A stretch of 64,000 bases of DNA from Lama guanicoe. Taxonomy: Eukaryota. A program made the position numbers and the translations under genes. Positions 37,406-50,700 of this stretch are shown here, piece by piece (the stretch's first letter is position 1; every line of letters begins with the position of its first letter). The notes under the pieces were generated by a model. It was not told the origin of the DNA. It worked only from the letters and a program-made list of their open reading frames with translations, and made no database searches. Location: assembly GCA_013239625.1 (NCBI GenBank), contig MU053629.1, positions 3,995,567-4,059,566 on the forward strand, written 5' to 3'.

Positions 37406-39689
37406 GACATACTCTGAGCCAGCCAGACCCTGAGCTTTGCCTCTGACATCTGCCGGCTGTTGATGATGGCAAGTCCACTTGGTCCCTGGAATTAGAATTT
37501 CCGCTTCTTCTCAGGCTCCACATCTCAGTACCCAGTGTGAATTTCCATTGTCAACCCCGCTGCTCCCCTGCTGTGACACCACTGGACACCCCAGAAACCA
37601 ACCAGCTTGCCCATAGGCTCTGCCATGGCCAGCCCTATCTCACGGGACATCCACCCCGCCCATGCCCAGCGATGGCTGGTCACCATCTTGACCTCACCCT
37701 TCTTCATCCTTCTTCTCAATGTCGTTGTCCTTGTGGGACCCCAGGCAGCAATGACGTTGTGTGAGAACTCCTTGCTCTCCCGTCTTTGACAATACATCAA
37801 AAGCCATTACCTCCTGGTTCTGATTTCCAAGATGGAGCCTCCCTCGCAGAGAACAAAACGAATGGGTTAGGTGTGCCAGACCCCATTTCCCGGCTACCCG
37901 AACTAATCAGCAGCAGAAATTCAAAGAAACTGCTAGAGCAAATTGAGAAGCCAGATTATTTGGGTCTCTTGATTGAGATTGGAGGAGTAATTGTTGGAGG
38001 GTTCCATTTAATAAGCTTTGTTTACTAACCCCAGATCCTGTTTTAATATTTCTGCCTCAGTTACTGGGGGTGTGGCCACAATGAAGAGATAATTTTGACA
38101 TCCTTGCTAACAGGGGTCTCAGAGCTCCTCCACCTGAACCCTTTCATTTTATAGATGGAGACCGTGAGGCCCGGAGAGGGAAGGGAGCTTCTCAGGGTCC
38201 CCAGAGATTAGACTCCCAGCCTGGGTGCTTTGATTTCTGAGAAAACCAGCCGGAGGTTCAAGGAGCCTCAAGGGACGTCCTCCTGACGTGGGTCATCAGT
38301 GCTTCCTAAAGGAGTTTAAAGAACTGAATCTCCTAACTTGTTAAGGAAATAGTTGGACGAATATGATGGGAGGGGGCAGCATGTCATTGTCTCCAAGTAC
38401 CTGTGTCTTCCTAGGAAGGTAAAAATGGCTGCCACGCAGGTACCCCCTTCCGCCAAGGACCTATCTTTACCTTGTAGTTACTGAGGATGACACGAGCCGG
38501 AGTATCACAGAGAGTCACCACATGTGAGGGACAATCTGGAGCACCTTCCATGAGGACAGGAGAGGGGACTGGAATTGCCCAGTTCTCTAGCAGCCAGGGG
38601 TGGAGTCCCGGTCTCCTGAGTTCCCCGTTAGGATCCTGTTCCCGACTCCACTCTGCCCAGTGCAGCTCCCGGCGCCAGGATGTCGATCTGGCAGGCAGTG
38701 AGGGCAGACTCAGATGGGCACCCCTGCAGATGCCCCCCAGTTCCCCACGGGAGCCAGGGAACAGGGTGTAGAACAGACTGTGAGTTGGGGAACCAGAAAA
38801 AGAAAGAAGAATCATGGCCGGGCGAGGTCAGGGAGGTTTCCTTACGGAGGAAGGGAGGCTCTGCCCGTGAAGAAGGAGCAGAATTTTGGGCAGCGTGGTA
38901 TTGGTTATCAGTGGAAACCAGTGGGTGCATGAGAGGCGCTCAGAGGAAATTGATTCATCCTGCAGTTTTTTTTTTTTGGAACCTTTATTATGCACCAGGT
39001 CTTTACATATGCCATTTCTTCTAATCCTTACATTGACCTTATGAAGGAGGCAGTAATTTTACTGCCATTTGGCAGATAGGGAAAGAGGTGCAGGGAAGTT
39101 AATTGCCCAGGTTTACACAGTGGGTGGTAGACAGAGTTTGAACCCAGGAGTGGATGTCTCCTTCCACTGTAGGATATGCAAATTTATTATCACTGGAGTC
39201 TAAAAATGGATTGTCATGGATAGGTTTGTGGGTGGGCTCAGAGGAAAGGGGGTTCAGGGTGCCAAAGATGCCTTGGGCCGCCATCACTGTTGGGTCCTTG
39301 CTCCCGCTTTCCTATGAAAGCCCTTCCAACATGCAAAGAAAGCTTCCTGCCCCCTCCGATCATTCATGCATTCGTTCTTTCGACAGTCATAACCAGCACC
39401 TTCTTTTCTGTTAGGCCCTTCAGTAGATATTGGGGATGTAAAGGTAAAAAAGGATGTGGTCCTTTCCCCCAGAGTTGTCCACCAGGGACCAGATTCGTCC
39501 CTGTTCCCTTTTATAGCTCAAGCGTTACTCATAGCAAATGACTGTAGCGTCCTGATCACCTTGGTCACTCATCACAGAGTCCTCAGTGGGTCCAGCGCCA
39601 CCACCATCTTTACCACACTGATACCACCTAAACTGACACCAATTCTTTTAGCAGCTATACACCATCTTTAGTAAGGAATTGGTTTAGAT

Positions 39690-40160
39690 ATTATTCAAAC
39701 TGCAGAGATTTTAAACAAGAGCCCACTGCCAAGCCAAGCATTTTCCATTCTATGCTGAGCCAGTTGACTGACCTTCAATGGGAAACTTTACATTTTTGTC
39801 TGTTAAATTTCACCATAATGCATTCAGCGTATTTTTCCTAGCCTATTAAAGATTTTTCCCACTTATGAAATATTTTGTAACTCAAGTGCTACTGCAATGC
39901 CTGGAAATGTGGAAAGTCTGCTTTTAAGAGTCTTCATTCAAGGCAGTAAAATGCAGATTAGAGCAGAGACAAGGGTGGGCCCTACCACATTTCACCAGAG
40001 ACCACCTTCCAGCCATTTGCTCCATGTTCTTTGTATGGGGTTGATTAACCAGCTGTGAATCTGCGTATCTAAGCTCTCATCTTGTCTCATCTCTGCATTT
40101 TGTTCAAAAGCTAGCAAGGAAGACTTAAGAAAATGTTTGGCAGAAATCAAAATGCACGTG
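39690..40160 (-). mobile_element. CR1/L3 LINE reverse-transcriptase remnant
   Basis: tttacatttttgtctgttaaatttcacc...ttcctagcctattaaagattttt...aaccagctgtgaatc resemble the antisense L3 consensus. Confidence 0.6.
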
Positions 40161-40783
40161 AAGCATCTCATCAGGAGGGGAGATCAGGTGAGCGTGCCAT
40201 GATTTTTCCTAGTGAGTCCCCGCTAAGTCCTCGTGGTCTCTGATTCTTTGTTTCTAACTGCTTGTAAACTAAGGGAACGCCATCAGTTGCCAAAGGGAGT
40301 TCTCCAAAGGGAGGCGGCGACTTTGCAGACCAAGGATGACATGATTCCGTTGCAGCAGGAGATCCGGCTTCCCCCACCGGCAGCAGGAGGAAGTGCAGAC
40401 ATGGAGGAAGACGAGCAAAGGAAGCCTCATCAGGGGAGCGTGTACCAAGAACAAAAAAGCCACGGGAGGTTTCCCACGAGAGCACAATTTAAAAACCGAA
40501 TCTGGAAACGATAGTAGAAACGGGATGAGCTGGAACATTTGAACTCATCTCAGAATCTAGCTGATCCAGGATTTCTTAGGACCGAGCGTGCAGCCCTGCA
40601 CCAAAGATAGGCAGGTTATACACAAGAAGACAACGCAGCACTGGGTTCTTCTGGGAGCTAAAGGCACAAGAGAGAACATAAGAGCAGCCAGAGCTGTGGG
40701 GCATCTTCAGGAGCAGTTCCTCTTGCCGTCGCTGAAAGGAGCTGGCTTTTAAATACAGATGTGCCCTCGCAAGTCCTGGTTAA

Positions 40784-40880
40784 TTGCCACCTGGTCATCT
40801 TGCCTGCAAATCCTGCTATAGCCACCAGGGGCGGTATTTGCCATAATTGGGTTTTTCCAAAACTTGCCACCTGGTGGTTG
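40784..40880. promoter_or_regulatory. Cluster of CTCF-like motifs
   Basis: CCACCAGGTGGCA on - (40865-40877), gccaccaggggcgg on + (40821-40834), tgaccaggtggca on - (40785-40797). Confidence 0.55.
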
Positions 40881-41454
40881 CTATTGGAATCGCAGGACCA
40901 GTGTTAACAGATAAGCGTTGGGAAGTGTAACAGTGCAGAGGGTAACATGCTCCGCTTACAAGGGAGCGTGCCAACCTGCTCTAATGTTTGTAAAGTCACA
41001 GTAGCCATAAACAATTCCAGGTGGTGAGGAAACAGAAAAAAGACCAATGGAAAGAAATATAATAGGAGTACTTGTGTGTGTTGGGCATGAGTGGAGAGTG
41101 TCGTCCAGACAAGACAGAAGACGAGAGATTTACAAGGAAGGGGAAATGGGCCAACTGAATGAGATCAGAGGAGTTCCTGATCTATGCCTTAGACGCCAGG
41201 TAACCTGGTCACTCTTAAGGGTCTCCCTCACTTTACCTCAACTTACCACTTAATTTAATTCAACTGAATTTGATTCAATAAGCCTGTATTGAACACAGAA
41301 GTGTTTCACAAGAGGTGGGCAGTCCTGGGACATTAGGAACAGTTGTTCCCACCTCTTCCTCAAGCTGTTCGGAGAGTTTAGCCCCTGAATTCTGTGACAT
41401 GCTTGGGGTCTTGGGGAAGATGCCTTCCCACCTCATGCATTCTTGTAAAAAAAT

Positions 41455-41915
41455 TATTTTTTAAAATTGAGGTATAGTCGATTTACAACGTTGTCTTCAT
41501 TTCTGGTATACAGCATGCTGATTCAGTTATGTGTATATATTCCTTTTCAAATTATTTTTCATAATAGGCTATTACAACTTGTTTTCTTGTGACTGACTTT
41601 TTTCACTTAGCACAATGTCTCCAAGGTTCATCTGTGTTGTAATTTGTGTCCAGATTTCCTCCCTTTTCAAGGCTAAATAATATTCCATGGTGTACGTATA
41701 TGCACCACATTTTGCTGATTCATTCATCCCTTGATAGACACTTGGGTTGTTTCCACTGTTTGGCTACTGTGAGCAATGCTGCTATGAATATGGGTGTGCA
41801 AATGTCTGAGTCCCTGCTTTCAGTGCTTTTAGGTATATACCTAGAAGTGAAATTGTTGGATCATATGGTAATTCCATGTTTAATTGTTTGAGGAACCGCC
41901 ATACTGTTTCCATAG
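41455..41915 (-). mobile_element. L1 3' fragments (young 3'UTR joined to an L1MA/MB ORF2 end)
   Basis: ttgaggtatagtcgatttacaacgttg...; ttcacttagcacaatgtc...gacacttgggttgtttccac...ttgaggaaccgccatactg. Confidence 0.85.
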
Positions 41916-42440
41916 CAACCCCATGCATTTTTGTGAGGAAGTGACACCCCTACTTAAGCCAAACACAGAGTCCCCCAAGGAATGAGAATTGGAGAATTCT
42001 GGAGGTGGAACTCCATCTCCAGGTGGAAAGGAAGGGCTTGTGTTTTTCCATAGTCACCTCTTGCTTCTCTCCCTCATAACCCCCACCCTGGACATGACTG
42101 GCATCCATATATTTAAGCCGAATTTCAAATCCACCAAGGCTGGAGCAGAGAAGAACCCTGGCTTTCTTGCCAGATTGAAGGGGGGAGAGACCCAGATAGT
42201 GAGTTGGAAAGTGCTACCCTCTGTCCACGTGAAGCCTAATCCTCTTGACCCTTGACCCTGGGGGAATTTGGAATCTGTATTGACTCATCAGATGCAGAAG
42301 GAGAATCAAGCCACGATGCTGAAGGAAAGACTCACAAAACTCTTATCTCCTGTACCCTCCCAGTGTCTGCCTTGCTGGTGAGGACAGCATCTCTTGGAGC
42401 AGAAGGCTCATAAAGCCACGCCTATCATTACTCAGTGCCA

Positions 42441-42455
42441 CCAGCAGGGGGCAGC
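42441..42455 (+). promoter_or_regulatory. Consensus CTCF motif
   Basis: CCAGCAGGGGGCAGC matches the CTCF core CCASYAGRKGGCRS. Confidence 0.6.
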
Positions 42456-42999
42456 CTGGCCCAGAGGAAAGTGCAGCGTTGGGGAGACGTGGGTTTGAAT
42501 CCTTCCTCTGGTGCTTACTGGTCATGTGACCTCAGACGTGGTCCTCTGAGACTCATTTCGTGGTGCACAAGACTGGTGATGATCATGTCGACCTTTTCAC
42601 TGTTGTAAATATGACAGAACATGATGCCAAGCACAGCACCCAGAACACAGGGGTTCCATGAACACTGCCTGCCTTCCTTCTTTCCTTCCTCATCAGCCTT
42701 TTCTCAGTTATAGACTTTGATTATGTTGCTCTAGAGTTGTCATCTCTCCAGGCGACCAGGGCCAGTCTTCGGGGGCAGTGACTCCATCTTTGATTATTTC
42801 CAGTCGAATTCTTGATCCAACTGATCTTCTCAGAATCAGCTGAGACACATCCCTCTCAGGTCTCCCAATTCAGTGACTGACGGTGGGGTGGGGTGGGGAG
42901 GGGCGCCACACCCCTAATTCCAAGAGAAGTCAAGTGCTCGTTACTCCACTGTGTCCTCTGGTTACCGGCTCTGTGCGATGGGAGGTTGGCCAGCCCAGG

Positions 43000-43900
43000 C
43001 GAGCGCAACCAGCCTAGCCCCGACCTCGTCTGGTTTTTGTTAGATTGTGTTGCAACCTTAGTGTTACTTAACTGAAGAGGACTGTGGGATGTGTGTGTGT
43101 CTGTGAGTCTGTGTGTTAATAGCAATTTGTGATAGATGCCTTTGGCGCCCACACATTCAATAACACCCACACTCACAAAAAAAAAAAAAAGAAGGGGGAA
43201 GGGGAGCCGATTTTATGGGAGATAACATAACTGCTTGCAATTTGGCTATTCATTGTGTCTTTGGCGTTTTATGTACTGCATTAGCGGAGGCAATTTCATG
43301 CATATGGATATAATGCATTAAGTGGAGGCATTTAAATATACTGAAACTAATTTTATGATGATTAGTTGAAGGAAAACATTGCGTTCGTATCATCTATATA
43401 GAAGCCAATTTGCATGAAAATGCCCGAAGTTGCTATGCCAACATTTTCTGTGCTGCTGGTCGGGGTCGTCTCCGAGTCAAGACTTTGTATTAAAAATCGG
43501 TCTCCAGTGCCCATGTCTTTTAATTCATTGCAAGCTGTAGGCCATTTGCTCACAAAGCGCTCGCAGTAAAACAAATGAATAGCTAAAATACTCATTTGCA
43601 TGATTCCCATTTGAAAACGATTCCCCTGAAATTAAAAAAGCGTGTTACTCGGTTGTGAAGATGGATGGGCCAGTGAGGCGGGCAATTAATATTTTCGGCG
43701 TTCTCTTTAAAGCCCTCCCAAGACTAAGAACAGCACATGCCAGACAAATTGGGCCCCACAACAGTTTCAGGGCCTCGGCGGCAGCAGCTTGCTTCCACTG
43801 TCTCCCCTTTATTGTCTCACTTACATTATGCAGTAATTAAAACTATTTACCATTCCTACTTATCCGCCATCTGCTACCGCGGGGGGTTCCTCTTCTTTAG
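43000..43900. promoter_or_regulatory. Putative long conserved enhancer (POU/SOX/HOX motifs)
   Basis: About 900 bp of unique AT-rich sequence with retained CpGs; ATTTGCAT at 43408 and 43594, CATTGT at 43251, TTTTATG at 43211 and 43351, multiple TAAT. Confidence 0.65.
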
Positions 43901-44864
43901 AAAGCTTCTTACAGAACAGCGAGAAGAGGGGAAGGCTTGGCCCCCTGACTGTGGAAAGGGTCCTCTGGGCTCTTTCCCCTCCTCCCGGCCATGTCCACCT
44001 GTCCCTCCGTGAAAGGAAAGAAGGAATGACCGGAGAGGTCATGTAGTGATGCTGAGTTTCTAAGTCAGTGGGTTGTGGATGCATGCGAGTATTAGAGCAC
44101 AGCTTTCTTCCCCTTTTGGGGGGAGTCTTGGCTTAGATCCGGGGTCATCCATGTGTCTAGAAGGAGCTGAGGCCTGGATCTTCTCACACACAATGACTGC
44201 AAAGGTCTAGGGGTTTTGGATGTGCAGTTGGGGTCTGAGGGCAAGGCTGCTAGATACAGTTGTTCATGTTGTTCACTGCACAAGTGTGCCCAGCCCAGGG
44301 GACTGTAAATGCTGAAGTCTGTCCTGTGATCCATGCGCCCATCTGAGGTCCTATGGGGCTAGGTCTGGCCCGGGGTGGGCACCTTCTTCTAATTCATACA
44401 AAGGCGCCCTGACCTCACTGTGACCTTGATTGAGAGAGGTCATTTTGAAAGCAACCAAGTTCCGGCCTCTTGTCCATGGTGACTGATGCTCCCAGGCTGG
44501 TTTAAGCACGGGACCCGGCCCTGCCTAGGCTTAGCATTTGTTTGCAGATGCTGAGCTAGGATGTCCAGAGAGCTGCCTCCTCTGAGAACATTTCCATTTC
44601 CTCCTGGGCCCAGTCCTGAAGCCAGCATGGACTCGAGTCTGGAGAAACCAAATGTGGCGAGAAATGGGGACTGACTCTCTCACCGGGACAAAGGGTGGAC
44701 CCGGAGCCTGGGGACCTGTGGCTAGTGGCGAGCCGCTGAGGACAGGGCCTGCGTGGAGAACGCTTTCTACCTCCTCTTCTTTCCAGAGCCCACCTGGTGC
44801 TGGGCACACAGCATGTTTTCCAAAGTACTTGTTGCATTAAGTCAATGGTGAAGCTTTTAGTCTT

Positions 44865-45181
44865 TTTGTTTTTTAATCTTGTTTTTTAATTTTTTTTTAA
44901 TTGAAGTGTATTCAGTTTACAATGTTGTGTTAATTTCTGGTGTGCAGCATAGTGATTCAGTTACACACACACATATATATATATATTCCTTTTCATACTC
45001 TTTTTCATTATAGGTTATTGCAAGATATTGAATATAGTTCCCTGTGCTACACAGTAGGACCTTATTGTTTATCGATTTTACATGTAGTAGTTAGTATCTG
45101 CGAATCTCGAACTCCCAATCTATCTGTCTCCACCCCTTCCCTCCCTGGTAACCATGAGTTTGTTTTCTATGGCTGTCAGTC
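44865..45181 (-). mobile_element. Young L1 3' end with 14-bp TSD
   Basis: TSD aagcttttagtctt (44851-44864) / aagctttcagtctt (45182-45195); same 3'UTR family as the other young copies. Confidence 0.9.
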
Positions 45182-46889
45182 AAGCTTTCAGTCTTGACAT
45201 CACTGGCCAGTCATGAAGCCGCCTCTGAAATTTCGTCCAGCAGACCCTCTCAGCTCACGTCTTGCCTTTTTAATGGTCTTTTTCTGGAACTTAACCAAAG
45301 GCTTTGGATTTGCTTAGAACTCCGCCCATTGGCTGCGACTTTTCTGGCTCCATTCCTCACTAGAGGCCATGGGGCCGTGCATGCAGCGCGTCGTGTGTCT
45401 GTCCTAGGCCTGGAACCCCCTTGCCTGTCTTCTCCTCTCCGGTGACTTCACTTCTGCTTCTCCCCTCTCCTGGGACACAGGACCTTGCTTGCCCAGGTCC
45501 ACAGAAGACAGCTCTCTTGGCCTCAGTGACTTAACTGGGATGGCGCTTGGCCTAGCTTTCACACCCTCCATCTCCAGGTGGCTCTGGAACCTCCTGGCAG
45601 TGGGCAGATCAAAGCACATGCCTGGCAGTGCGTAATGAAGTGATCGCGCTTTATGCACAATGCTGGTCTGGGTTCCAGACAGGAAAGGTGAATTTCAAAC
45701 CAGAGCTTTGTCCAGTGATGGTGCAGACTGTCTCTGAAGTGAGTGAGTTCTATGTCATTGTCACTAAAGAGATGATGGCAAAAAAATTATTTTTTAAAAT
45801 GAAAACCAAAATAAGAGGAAAAAAGGTAAAAGAAAGGAAAAAAAAGATACGATGGCATCTGGGAATCACACAACAGCATTGCCACACCTAACACAAAGGC
45901 CCCTGCTGGGCACTGGGCGCTCACCTGCTGTCCAGACTAACCAGAAATTCATTCTCAACGGGGCAGAGAAGGAAGCTTGGTGGACAGTGTGGTTTGTGTA
46001 ATTAAAACAAATACGTGTGTGGGGAAAAGGCATGACTTAACCTAGAGGACAATTCTCTCTAAGGCTTAGCCACAGTCAGGAGGGGAGCTGGCGATGCCTT
46101 CTGGGGTCTCCTAAGTGCTGTCTGTTTATACCAACAGGAAACATGCTTCCTGCCCAAGCTTGGCCACCGCCTCCCTGGCGCTTGGCCAGGAAGCCTGAGG
46201 TGGCCAGTGTGCTAGAAAGAGCACTGACCTTGGAGTCTACAGCCCTGGGTTGGAATCTCTTCGGCCATCGGCTGTCTGACCTGAGGGAGGTCATCCAAGC
46301 TCTCTGCCAGTCTCGGGCTTCTCCTCCATTAAATGGGATTACATGCCCGCCTGTCTTTTGACAGGTTGCCTTGAGTCCATCAGTTAATATTCAGTGCCTA
46401 GTCTGTATCCGCGGAGCAGGTGTGTGCCTTCTGGGAGCAGATGGAAGCATCTTTGTATGCTGGAGAAAACTCTGCAGATGTGAGCGTTGGAAACGTCAGT
46501 TGCCTGTAGCTTCCCCGTGAGTCCAGTTTTGCAAGTCAGAGCCAGGCAGGAGCCAGGAAAGAGAGGGCCCCCCTTGTGGAGGAAGGGCAATATGATCATA
46601 TCAAACATTGCTCTGCGCCAGGCCTTGTGCTAGGCCCTTCACGTGAGTGACCTCCCTCCAGTTCCTATGGTCTTTCTTCTACTAATGGGAAAATTGGGAG
46701 CTCAGAGGATCTGGGTTGAGACCCAGAGTCTATTTCTCTTCCTCACTTGCTGTGTGACCTCGGGCAGGTCACTTACTCTCTCTGAGCCTCCAAGACCCCA
46801 TTTCCACCGCCTGCCTGCTGTTCCCCACCCCACAGTGCCTTTCAAATCCTCCACTGGCTGCCACACTGCATCTCCTGACAAATCACTAT

Positions 46890-47745
46890 AATTATTATTG
46901 TGAAGCTTTGTTATTAATATGTGCTTGAGAGAGAAACATTCTTAGATGCTGAAATAGACATCAGTAAAAGTAAACCAGGAAGCAGGAATCTGGAAGGGGT
47001 AGGGGGGATGGGAAGGGGGGCAGAAAATGCAAAATCAATTCCAGGGAAATCATCACCTGCTTCAAATTTGGAGGGATTGGCCAGAGAGAAGGACGGTGGA
47101 AAAGCCAGCTGCCGGCTTAAATAACCACCAGTAAAGATCAATACTGGACCAAAATAGAACCCCACGTAGGAAACAATCTTGCTCCACGGCCCCGGAAAAA
47201 GAAAAAAATTTAGCATAGAGAAGCCATTTAAAGCAGAAAAAATATTTGTATGTAAAAGGAAATATTTTAGGTAGGAGTTGAACACCAAATGATTTTGGGT
47301 CTCTGTGGGGAGTAATGAGGCATAGCAAACACACAATTCTATATGCGTGTAATATTATCATTGCACGCCTCGGAAAGCTTTTAAATCACAGAAATGCAGT
47401 TAGGGACCATTGTACAAAATAAACATCCCACTTGGTGTCTTGCCTGCCCTAAGTTCCTTGATGTAGAGCGGGACTGCCAGATTTTTACAGCCCCATAAAT
47501 TAACGTGGTGCTGATTTGATTGAGCTAAATTAATAAGACTTGCGCTTTGTTGCAAAATAACTATTACAGTATGTGTGTGGACGCACTGCCAATAAGGAAA
47601 TTGCCGCCTTTAACAATCCCACTGAAGTTTCATGGAGGATTTCAAAACCGATTTTAATTAAAACAAAAGCCGATGTGTGGCAATAATGTGGGTGTTAAGG
47701 AGAGAAAATGCAAAATGTCTTTTTAAATCCATTTTAATATGTCTT
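46890..47745. promoter_or_regulatory. Putative conserved enhancer
   Basis: Unique AT-rich block: CCATTGT 47407, AAAATAAACA 47416, CCATAAA 47493, TGATTTGATTGA 47512, TTAATTAA near 47654. Confidence 0.6.
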
Positions 47746-50700
47746 AAGGACTGGATGATCGATGGGGTAAGAGCCGGCGGCTGACACGGCGCTGGTACCC
47801 AGCCTGTGCTGCTGGCTTCGACGACGGTGGCACCTTGAGCTTTCCGATTCTGGCTGAGGGGTCATCTCCTGGGTCGGGGGCTCCAGTGGGGAGGACCCCC
47901 TTTTCAGGTGTTTTCTCAGACCTTGGCAGAAGCTGAGTCCCGTTCTCCTGGCCACTCGGGGCTGGAGCCAAAGCCGGCAGGGCCACAGCCCCCAGGCCTG
48001 GCTCCAACCTTGAAGACCAGGCTCCCTCCAGCTCCCTGCTCGCCTGTGGCCAGCTACCTGGCTGCTGCCAGTGCTGAAGGTGGCCTCCAGGAGCCCTGAG
48101 GAGCGGGGGTTTAAGTAAGAAACAGCTGGAGTGTGGGAGCCAGTGGCTGAGGAAACCGGGGCAGAGCAGTCAGGCCGGGGCCCAGGAGGCTCAAAATAGG
48201 GGCCACTGGGGCCAGAGGGGACCCCAGGTCAGGACAGAGGGCATTACTGGTGCAGGGGCAGGAGTGGGAATCCGGCTGGTCCTCCTGTGAGACCCACTCT
48301 CTTAGTCTCAACCTCTCAAGGCCTCAGTTTTCTTAGCTGTAAAATGGGAATAATGATAGACTTGACTACACAGAGTCTCTGTGAGGGTTAAATGAGGTTG
48401 GTGCCTGATACACAAACGCCTGAAAATGTTAGTTATTGCTATAGAAAAACCCAGGGACAGTGACACTCGCTTCCTTTTTCCTGGTCATGTTTTAAATCAG
48501 AGACAATTAGCCCTTTCTTGGGGTCTGGCTACATAATATGAAAATGCTAACATGAAGAGGCCCTGTGATGTCCTGGGTGCTGTTCTGAGTGACTTGTTCA
48601 CCTGCACCGTCTCCGCAGTCCTCACAGTGGGAGGCTTGGAGGTGAAGGGACACATCGGTGTCACGCAGTGTCATGAGTGTTGGAGCCGCGTCACCCCAGA
48701 GCCCTGCTCTGAACCACTAGGTCAGTGGCCTTCAGCCTTCTTTGGAAAAAAAAAATTCATTTTCCCACATGACCCAGTATACACACACTCGCCCACACAT
48801 ACTTGTAACTAAAGTAGAATTTTCATAAAATCATGCTTTTAATTCGGAGGATATATAGAATGTTTTTTATTCTGTTTCCTTTGTGAAGGAAATTGTTCGT
48901 GAGTCACTAAATTATTTGCAGCCCATTCTTACAACTCAGCCCTCGGTGTGGAAAATGCCGTACGCCCGTCACCATGGGGAGACTGTCTATGTGTTGTCTC
49001 ATCCGACCATCCCACCTACCCCGGGGGGTGGGTAGTGATGCACCCACTTTACACACGAGGAACTGAGGTTCGGGGGGAGGAGGGATTTGGCCCCAGCCCT
49101 GGCCACACAGCTTGTGATTGCTCAGCGTGTCAGCTGTCCCCCGGGCCCTCCCCTACCCAACAAGCTCCATCAGGGGAGGAACCACGTCTGCCTGGCGCCG
49201 ACCAAACAGCCCCCAGTAATGTTTGTCGATCAAATGGCTGGGTGGTGGGGCTAGAGTGCCGTTTCTGGTCCTCGCCCTCCCCAGCCCACCCCAGGCTGTG
49301 GTCCAGTGTTCTCTTTGGCTCCTTCCTCCTTAAGGAGGGGCCTCCTGTGTCTCCCCAGAGCGGGCCTAGCTTGGGCTTAAAGGCCTCCTCAGGTCAAAGG
49401 TTGTAGCCGAGAGGACCAGAAATGCTTGCAGGGAGAGAGGGAGGGGTGGGCCCTCTCTGGGGGGGCTACTGCAGGGAGACCCCCAGTCCACCACCCGGGG
49501 GCCCGGAGGAGGGGGCTTTACTAGTGCAGGAAGCAAGGTGTGACCATTCAGAGGAGGCAGAAAGGAAAGTTCATGAAAGAGCAAAGAACTCGATTTGTTG
49601 CCTGGAGCCTGTGGGGAGGTGGGGTCACGTCCGCGTACTCATAGGATGGACTGGGCGTGTCCTCATCGGGTCCTGAGGGGACAAGTCCAAGGCAGAGGCA
49701 GCAGCCTCCACCCTGTGTTTGCCCTTAAATGCTGAAGGAGCATGGGCTGCCCATCGACTCCGCTGGCCCAGGATTGAAGCTGGGCTGCGGAATCCTAAAG
49801 ACGCAGACCTTGTCCGGGTCAGAGGGGAGGCTGGCGGGCAGAGTGGGGCCGCGGAAGCGTGTCCCGAGCGCTGGGAGCCAGCTAAGGGCTGGCGGCTGTG
49901 GGAGATGCGGCAGAGCCGTGTCTCAGAGCCCCTGGGAGGAAGATGGTGAGAGCGGACTGAAGGGGCAAGGCCCGCTAGGAGGCTGTCAGTCCTCCAGGCC
50001 CAAGGCTCCTTTCCACAGGGATGTTTCCATCTCCCTTTGCCGGGGGACACCAGTCCCCTGGCTGTTTCTTCCTTGGGTTTTATCCTGAAAGGGCTGCTCT
50101 GTCCTGTTGCGGACGATTCCATTGGCCCCAGCACCAAAGCAGAGGAGACCCAAAGGGACGAGCCAGCACGTTGGAGAGCGGGGTCCCCACCCGCAACAGT
50201 GAGGTAACAGCATCTCATCCTTGCCCTCACCACACTGCGGCTGCCTCTTCTGGGGGTCCCCACTGGTGGGCTGTGGGGTCCAGGGTCACTCCCTCCCACT
50301 CACCTCACCTCAGCAGAATGATGACTCTCGCCACGTGATAGCCGAATGCCTGAGTCTACATTCCAGCTCAGCTCCTTCCTGGGTGGTGACTCTGGCAAGT
50401 TATTTCAGTGCTCTGAGCCTTAGTTTACCCACCTATAAAATGGGATAATAATAGCCCTTACCTTAAAGGGCTGCGTGAGGGTTCAGTGAACCCATGCACG
50501 TGAAGTCATGGGACCTACCAATCATTGACAAGAGGTAGGGTTTCATTTGTACGATCTTCATCCCTCATACGTGCCCTGAGCAGGGTCTCAGCAAGGTCCC
50601 TGCTGAGGGCTGGCGTGGGGGCGGGGATAAAGACCACAAAAAGCAAGGGCCTGAGTGTCCAGAGAGACAGACAGACTATGAGGGGCCGAAGAAGGCCAGC

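Noticed and set aside
37525..37800. Possible coding exon (triplet-like GAG AAG AAG GAT GAA GAA on the minus strand)
   Set aside because: No recognisable protein or convincing splice-site pair; cannot be excluded without RNA-seq or tblastx
49625..50299. 224-aa minus-strand ORF and the many overlapping 60-180 aa ORFs in GC-rich parts
   Set aside because: Open in several frames at once, P/G/S/R-rich, with no homology I recognise and no exon structure
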